A stretch of DNA of 64,000 bases from an uncultured Gammaproteobacteria bacterium (lineage in GTDB: Bacteria > Patescibacteriota > Microgenomatia > 2-02-FULL-39-11): assembly GCA_964362665.1 (NCBI GenBank), contig CAYIFB010000001.1, positions 48,308 to 112,307 on the forward strand. Reading direction: 5' to 3'. Made by a program: the position numbers and the translations under genes. The notes beneath the pieces are model-generated. The model searched no databases. It was not told the origin of the DNA and saw only the letters and a list, made by a program, of their open reading frames with translations. This document shows positions 58,059 to 64,000 of the stretch, piece after piece (positions within the stretch are counted from its first letter, which is position 1; each line of letters opens with the position of its first letter).

Positions 58059-60058
58059 ATCGACTTTAGTTTTATTTGGTAACGGGAAGACAGGAAACTT
58101 AGAATATCCTGTCGGATTCGTGTGGTATCATCGCTCGTGAGGTTTTGTTTGTCTCCCTGGTAATTAATTCTTAAAGTAGTAGTATTTTCAAAAATGTCTA
58201 TCAGGTTAATCTTAGTAATTTGGGGCGAAATTTGATAGATATTTTTTATGACCTCGCCCAGTTTTACATTTTCCGGGATAATTAAAGCCAAATCTTCGAT
58301 AACAGGCGGTTGTTTGGGAATTGGATGATATCTTTTAATATTACCCGCGAATTGTAAAAGCGGGTTCAGATTAATTTCGGAAATTGTCAAGGAAGTTTTA
58401 ATATTAAAATTAGATTGTATTTCCGAATTCAATATACCAACTGTTGCCAGTAAAGTGTTTTTTAAAACAAAACTTATACTTTGTTGCGGACTCGTGAATT
58501 GATGCGGTGTAATTTTTTGTTCAATATTTTCCAATCCAAAATCTTTAAATAATGCTTCAATAATGCCTTTTATTACAAATAAATTGTCACTTGCTGCCAG
58601 AACTAAAACAGGCATCTCCATAGGCAAATTATTTTTTTTGGGAAGGTAAATGTTGGCCAGCTCAAACAGGCGCAGTCGGTTCGTGAAATATTGATTGTTA
58701 CAGACAGAATTCAAAAGAGATGGAAAAAGAGATATTCTCATAAATTGAATATCACTAGTCAGAGGATTTGACACTTCCAGATGATCCTGGACTTTAAGCT
58801 TACTATCCACGATCATTTTTTCCGAGATAAAAGAATAACTATAAGTTTCGGTAAAACCCAAATACTTTAAAGAGTTCTTAATTTTATCTTCAAAGAGAAA
58901 CTGCTTTGACGGGTTTTGAACGGGAATTTTACCGCTCATAAGATTTCCCGGTAAATTAAAGTAACCGTATATTCTGGCAACTTCTTCGACCAAATCCTCC
59001 TTAATCTGAACGTCTGTTGCTCTAAAAGAGGGTGGAGTCACATATAAATTGTTATTCTTACTTTCGACCTGAAATTGAAGAGAGGTTAAAATATCGGAAA
59101 TTTCTTTATTTGAGTGATTTATTCCTGTTCTTTTGCTGATAAATTCAGTTGATATTTCAATACTTTTAATCTGAGGTTTGCGCGGATAGATATCTGTTAT
59201 CGCGCTGGCTATCTTAGCTTGAGAGGTATCCTGATAAAGTTTTATTCCCCGCAAGATAGCTGTTTCTACAAGCTGCGTATCCGGATTTTTTTCATTAATG
59301 GTAGCCGCCATAGTCCTGATACCGTACTTCATAGATGTCCTTCTGATACTGACAGGATCATTTGATTCGATAAACAAAATAATTCGTCTTGTTTCATCTA
59401 CTACAACACTATTTAAAGTGCCCATGATGCCCGGAAGATCTATAATTGTACCTGTTCCGTCGTCAATGATTACATCCTTCTCATCCAAAGTATATTTTTT
59501 TTCATCAAGTGTCGTAATGACTTCACCTTTTTTCGCCAATCTTAAAATTAAGGAATGTGTTTTTATGCGGTCGTAATCAAATGCATGCACAGGTTGACCA
59601 ATTTCGAGCATGACGTAATTGGTGATGTCTACGATATTATTTAAAGATCTGATTCCAGCCTGCTCAAGTCTTTTTCTTATAAATTCCGGAGATTTAGAGA
59701 CATTAAGATTATCTAAAACTACAGCCATAATACGGGAGCACAAATGATTTTTATCCTGGATGATGAGAGGAAGAGAAGAAATTGATGATTCGTTTTTAGA
59801 TGATAATTCAATTTTATTTAAGGAAGTTTTAAATCCCATTCGGGGTAATATGGCGTTAGCTTCACGGGCGATGCCGATGACTGAGGCCATGTCTACCCTA
59901 TTTGACGTTATCTCAATATCATAAACAAAATCCTGTCCGACTTGATTTAATTTTTCCACAGTCGGTCCGGATAAAGACAGGCTATCAGCAATCTGTCTGG
60001 GTGTAGCCTCAGTATTCAGGTATTCGCGAAGCCATGAGTCGGTAATTTTGATGTTCAT
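58055..60058 (-). CDS. pheT: Phenylalanine--tRNA ligase beta subunit
   Basis: EITSNRVD; NNIVDITNYVMLE.GQPVHAFD; DLVEEVARIYGY. Confidence 0.95.
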   Translation of the reverse strand: MNIKITDSWLREYLNTEATPRQIADSLSLSGPTVEKLNQVGQDFVYDIEITSNRVDMASVIGIAREANAILPRMGFKTSLNKIELSSKNESSISSLPLIIQDKNHLCSRIMAVVLDNLNVSKSPEFIRKRLEQAGIRSLNNIVDITNYVMLEIGQPVHAFDYDRIKTHSLILRLAKKGEVITTLDEKKYTLDEKDVIIDDGTGTIIDLPGIMGTLNSVVVDETRRIILFIESNDPVSIRRTSMKYGIRTMAATINEKNPDTQLVETAILRGIKLYQDTSQAKIASAITDIYPRKPQIKSIEISTEFISKRTGINHSNKEISDILTSLQFQVESKNNNLYVTPPSFRATDVQIKEDLVEEVARIYGYFNLPGNLMSGKIPVQNPSKQFLFEDKIKNSLKYLGFTETYSYSFISEKMIVDSKLKVQDHLEVSNPLTSDIQFMRISLFPSLLNSVCNNQYFTNRLRLFELANIYLPKKNNLPMEMPVLVLAASDNLFVIKGIIEALFKDFGLENIEQKITPHQFTSPQQSISFVLKNTLLATVGILNSEIQSNFNIKTSLTISEINLNPLLQFAGNIKRYHPIPKQPPVIEDLALIIPENVKLGEVIKNIYQISPQITKINLIDIFENTTTLRINYQGDKQNLTSDDTTRIRQDILSFLSSRYQIKLKSI

Positions 60059-60062
60059 TATA

Positions 60063-61094
60063 TTAAAATTGTTCCAAAAATCTTATATCATTGCCGTACA
60101 TCAGTCTTAGATCGTCAATTTTCAGACCTTGTTTCATCATGTAGGTTCTTTCAACACCCCAGCCAAAAGCATACCCTGAATACTTCTCAGGATCGATTTT
60201 ACCGGCTCTCAGGACATTTGGATGAACCATACCCGATCCACCCAGTTCCAGCCAACCTTCCTTGCATAAGCGGCATCCTTGCCCTCGGCAGATATCGCAG
60301 GTTATATCAACCTCAAATGAAGGTTCAGTGAATTGAAAATGGAAGGGCCGCAGGCGAATTTTCCTTTCCGGACCGAAAAACATACGGGCAAAATATTCAA
60401 AGGTACCTTTCAGATGAGTTATATTAATATTTTCGTCAATCACTAGGCCTTCAAACTGATGGAACATCGGCGTGTGTGAAATATCCCAATTGGGCCGGTA
60501 ACATTTGGCTATATTTATCATTCTGATGGGAGGAGCTGCGGATTTTAGCATTTCCCTGACCTGACCGGAGGAAGTATGAGGAGACAAAAGCATTCTGCCG
60601 TATTTTGGAGAACTGGGAGCCTTGATAAAAAAAGTTTCTACATCATCGCGGGCCGGATGAAAGGCAGGAAAATTCAAACTTTCGAATGAAAACCAATCCC
60701 ATTCCACTTCACTATATCGTACCCGGGTAAAGCCAATTTTTTCAAAAATGGCAGAAATTTCCTTAATAGCCTCAGTGACCAAATGCAAATGTCCGATTTT
60801 GGGGTCTATGCCCGGAGCTGTCGCATCGATATTCGGATAATTATTACTTTGCTGTAGCAGGATTTTCTTTTTCTCGGAAAAGTTGGTCTCTAATTCTTTT
60901 TTTATATTATTTACGAATTTTCCAATTCTTGCTCTTTCCTTTATATCGATAGATTTTATGTTTATGATCAGTTGCGGAAATTCTCCATTTTTACCGAATA
61001 TCTTCAAGTAAAATTCAGTCAATTTTTCCTGAGAATTTATGACTTCTAAAGAACCAATGACAAATTGTTTGAGAGAAATTAATTTTTTTTCCAT
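60063..61094 (-). CDS. pheS: Phenylalanine--tRNA ligase alpha subunit
   Basis: HPARD; HTSSGQ; HTPMFHQ; FQFTEPS; AFGWGVER. Confidence 0.97.
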   Translation of the reverse strand: MEKKLISLKQFVIGSLEVINSQEKLTEFYLKIFGKNGEFPQLIINIKSIDIKERARIGKFVNNIKKELETNFSEKKKILLQQSNNYPNIDATAPGIDPKIGHLHLVTEAIKEISAIFEKIGFTRVRYSEVEWDWFSFESLNFPAFHPARDDVETFFIKAPSSPKYGRMLLSPHTSSGQVREMLKSAAPPIRMINIAKCYRPNWDISHTPMFHQFEGLVIDENINITHLKGTFEYFARMFFGPERKIRLRPFHFQFTEPSFEVDITCDICRGQGCRLCKEGWLELGGSGMVHPNVLRAGKIDPEKYSGYAFGWGVERTYMMKQGLKIDDLRLMYGNDIRFLEQF

Positions 61095-62344
61095 AATTTA
61101 AGATTTTTTTTATTACTTTTCCACCATGTCTCTATTTTATCAAATGACTTGCTGATTTCATCCGGAGACGATCCGAAAGAAAGTCGTAAATGGTATTCGC
61201 CATCAGGACCAAATCCGACTCCCGGTATGGTAACTACACCTGCTTCATAGAGTAACTTTTTGGCAAATTCGATGCTTTTTATGGGAAGATTAAAACGAGG
61301 AAATACGTAATAGGTCCCTCTTGGTTTAATGTAACTGAAAAGATCAGCTAAACGTTCAAGTCGTTCACAAATAAGGTCACGGTTTTGTTTTAACCATTTT
61401 TTATGATCTTTAACTACATCTTGCGGACCAGTCAAAGCTGCAATAGCCGCTTCCTGGGAAATATGAGGTGCGCAGACAATATTTGCGTCGTGAATTTTCA
61501 ATATATTCATGAGTAATTTTTTATTGGTATGAAGATAACCGATTCTCCACCCCATCATACCGTATTTTTTCGAAAGAGAACAGCACCTGATGACTCTGGG
61601 CCAAAGTTTTTTTATAGTAGCGATATTAAAATAGGAATAATCATCATAAACCAGAAAATCATATACTTCGTCAGTGATGACATATATTTTAGTAGCGGAT
61701 AAAATATCTGCCAGTTTCCTCAGGTCTTCTTCCAAAAACACCGCACCGGTTGGATTTTGAGGATTATTTAAGATTATGGCTTTAGTTTTATTACTGATAG
61801 CTTTTCGGATTTTATCAATATCCAGTCTGTATCCCATTTTTTTATCTTCTATCATCGGAACTGGTATAGGTTTCCCCCCGGCAATTGAAACTTGTTCACC
61901 GTTTGAGGAAAAGTACGGTGAGGGTAAAATAACTTCATCTGCGGGATTGACTAAAGTCAGCATGGAATAAAAAAGTCCGGCCATACTGCCCGGAGTAATT
62001 AAAATATCATCGGGAGAAGTTTCAATTCCAAGCAGATTTTGTGAAAGTGTGGCAACTATCTTACGCAGTTCAGGCAGACCGGTTAAAAGCGTATATTTAT
62101 CGATATCTTTTTTATTTTTTAAAACATTAATAGCATGCTGATGAATAAAATCAGGAGCAGGGTAAAAGGGAAGTCCTACACCAAGTGATATCACATCTTT
62201 GCCATTATTTTGTTCCAACGCCCCCAGGTACATCATTTCTTTAATGACAGACACACTGGTATTTTTAAGGCGTTCTGCTAACTCCGGCATATCTACGCTG
62301 TCGCCTGTCGTGGCCAGAACCGAATGACTGACTGTTTTATTCAT
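61079..62344 (-). CDS. PLP-dependent aminotransferase class I/II
   Basis: NNPQNPTG; TDEVY; SLSKKYGMMGWRIG; LRLSF. Confidence 0.93.
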   Translation of the reverse strand: MNKTVSHSVLATTGDSVDMPELAERLKNTSVSVIKEMMYLGALEQNNGKDVISLGVGLPFYPAPDFIHQHAINVLKNKKDIDKYTLLTGLPELRKIVATLSQNLLGIETSPDDILITPGSMAGLFYSMLTLVNPADEVILPSPYFSSNGEQVSIAGGKPIPVPMIEDKKMGYRLDIDKIRKAISNKTKAIILNNPQNPTGAVFLEEDLRKLADILSATKIYVITDEVYDFLVYDDYSYFNIATIKKLWPRVIRCCSLSKKYGMMGWRIGYLHTNKKLLMNILKIHDANIVCAPHISQEAAIAALTGPQDVVKDHKKWLKQNRDLICERLERLADLFSYIKPRGTYYVFPRFNLPIKSIEFAKKLLYEAGVVTIPGVGFGPDGEYHLRLSFGSSPDEISKSFDKIETWWKSNKKNLKLWKKN

Positions 62345-63486
62345 AAAGATAACTTGGTGTTTAAATATATTTGGTATTGATGAAAATTATCTGTTATTTC
62401 AACTAAAGTATCGCTGCCGAATTTTTCCAGAAAAGCTTTTACAATCACAAACGACAGCATTGCTTCAGAAATAACTCCTGCCCGGGGTATGACACATATG
62501 TCTGACCTTTCGACTAACGCCCTAGAAGGTTGAAGAGTTTTCAAGTCGACGGTATTTAAAGGATTTCCTAAGGTGGAAATCGGTTTATGGAAAACCCTGA
62601 CAATGATATTTTCTCCATTAGTAACTCCGCCTTCCAATCCTCCGGCCCGGTTTGTTTTCCTCTTTATATTGCCTCCTTTTAAAATTATCTCATCCTGGGC
62701 TCTTGAACCAAGTTCCGAAACATTTTCGATTCCTTCCCCTATCTCCACAGCTTTGACTGAAGGAATACTCATCAGTGACTGGGCGATCAACCCATCAAGT
62801 TTGCGATCATAGTGGACATAACTCCCAAGTCCGGGCGGAACATGAGAGGCGATAATTTCTATTACGCCTCCCAAAGTATCTTTGTTTACGGTAGCTTCAA
62901 TAATGGCTTGTTTCATCATATTTGATATTTTTTTATCAATGCATCTGACTTCAGGATTTGTCTTATCAACATTAAATACTTCAGAAAAATCCTGTATTTT
63001 GCTTTCGAGCCTAATTTTACCGATTTGTATAGTGTGGCTGGCAATAAGAATTTTAAATTCAGCCAGAAATTTTTTACATATTGCTCCAACAGCTACACGC
63101 ATGACCGTTTCCCTGGCGCTTGCCCTTTCCAGCACATTTCGTGCATCATCAAAATGATATTTGAGTGCTCCTGCCAGATCGGCATGACCGGGTCTTGGAT
63201 TAGTAACTTTTAATTCTGCCTGAGTTTTCTGCCAATTTTCATGATCAAGATTTTTAACGAGCAGGCTGATCGGACTGCCAATGGTTTTTCCGAAACGGAT
63301 TCCGGACAGAATTTGCACTTCATCTTTTTCAATTTCCCCACGACCTCCACGTCCCGCACCCAGCCGGCGACGATCGAGCTCATTTTGAATATCACATTCA
63401 GAGAGAGGTAAACCTGCCGGAATTCCTTCCAGTATTGCTACCTCTGCTTTTCCGTGCGATTCACCTGCTGTTAAAAACCTAAGCAT
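62341..63486 (-). CDS. aroC: Chorismate synthase
   Basis: TAGESHG; PRPGHAD; ERASARET; GGLEGG.TNGE; ERSD.C. Confidence 0.97.
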   Translation of the reverse strand: MLRFLTAGESHGKAEVAILEGIPAGLPLSECDIQNELDRRRLGAGRGGRGEIEKDEVQILSGIRFGKTIGSPISLLVKNLDHENWQKTQAELKVTNPRPGHADLAGALKYHFDDARNVLERASARETVMRVAVGAICKKFLAEFKILIASHTIQIGKIRLESKIQDFSEVFNVDKTNPEVRCIDKKISNMMKQAIIEATVNKDTLGGVIEIIASHVPPGLGSYVHYDRKLDGLIAQSLMSIPSVKAVEIGEGIENVSELGSRAQDEIILKGGNIKRKTNRAGGLEGGVTNGENIIVRVFHKPISTLGNPLNTVDLKTLQPSRALVERSDICVIPRAGVISEAMLSFVIVKAFLEKFGSDTLVEITDNFHQYQIYLNTKLSL

Positions 63487-64000
63487 ATTTTTTTAGTTCT
63501 TCCTCCATTACCTCAACCGGTGCCTGAATTCCGGTAAACATTTTAAATTTTAACACAGCTTGCCAAAATAGCATTCTTTCCCCGGAGACAATTTTACAAC
63601 CGATTTTCTTTGCATTCTTTAGCAATTTTGTCTCACTGGGATTAGTAACGATGTCCATAACTACCAGTTTTTTATGTAATAATTTTATATCAACCACAGA
63701 ATCAGTATTATTTGGCTTCATACCAACTGAAGTTGCATTGATAATAATATCAGCATTCTTAATTTCTTCTGAAAGTGATTTTATGTCAGCTGATTTTCCT
63801 CCGGTTATACGTGCAAGGTTAGCCGCCTCCGCAAACGTACGATTTAATACCGTTAACTTACCCCCTGCGTCGCTGATGGCAAAAGCTAATGCTCTGGCCG
63901 CGCCTCCGGCTCCAATTAAAATGACATTTTTTTCGGATACAGAGATTGTTTCACTTAATGCCTTAACGCCTCCAAGACCGTCTGTGTTGCCACCGATTAG
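63479..64000 (-). CDS. aroE: Shikimate dehydrogenase (5' partial; runs off the window)
   Basis: Manual translation: NTDGLG...IGAGGAARA...LNRT...IINATSVGM...MDIV..P.ET.LL..A...G..ML..QA. Confidence 0.93.
   Translation of the reverse strand, partial: LIGGNTDGLGGVKALSETISVSEKNVILIGAGGAARALAFAISDAGGKLTVLNRTFAEAANLARITGGKSADIKSLSEEIKNADIIINATSVGMKPNNTDSVVDIKLLHKKLVVMDIVTNPSETKLLKNAKKIGCKIVSGERMLFWQAVLKFKMFTGIQAPVEVMEEELKKYA

Noticed and set aside
58055-60058. PheT shorter than the ~800-aa canonical form
   Set aside because: It appears to lack the OB-fold insertion, a known variant; the ORF is intact, so it is not a pseudogene.
143-63395. Numerous 60-140 aa ORFs nested in or antisense to long genes (e.g. 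143-364, 9693-9983, 14913-15344, 51437-51781)
   Set aside because: They overlap well-supported genes and show no recognisable motifs.

Overview
AT-rich bacterial DNA that looks like a Patescibacteria/CPR (Microgenomates-type) chromosome; this is inferred from gene content (many type IV pilins, GT-C glycosyltransferases, Pro/Thr-rich surface proteins, short PheT, promoters abutting start codons). Left (1-9846): C-terminus of a probable pilin, three membrane glycosyltransferases, prepilin peptidase and seven pilins ending in FimU/PilV/PilW-like genes. Middle (9847-42210): a ~32 kb accessory tract with two AbiEii-type and one HicBA toxin-antitoxin modules sitting beside duplicated 3' ends of host genes, a highly divergent SecA paralogue, a surface-glycan modification locus, and a candidate new RiPP-like system (34029-39573). 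That system has two Cys-rich peptides sharing a YxKPxI...LA leader, HPr-kinase-like enzymes, an S24/S26 peptidase-nucleotidyltransferase fusion, a PqqD/RRE protein and membrane-anchored partners, but no lasso cyclase or radical SAM enzyme. Right (42252-64000): a large Pro/Thr-rich surface protein, pilX/M/N/O-like genes, then housekeeping genes (trmD, khpA, rpsP, rnc, a serine-less ACP, nusB, rpmF, recG, tyrS, class A PBP, pheT, pheS, aminotransferase, aroC, partial aroE). No rRNA, tRNA, CRISPR array, integrase or transposase was recognised. All family calls are by motif recognition, without database searches.
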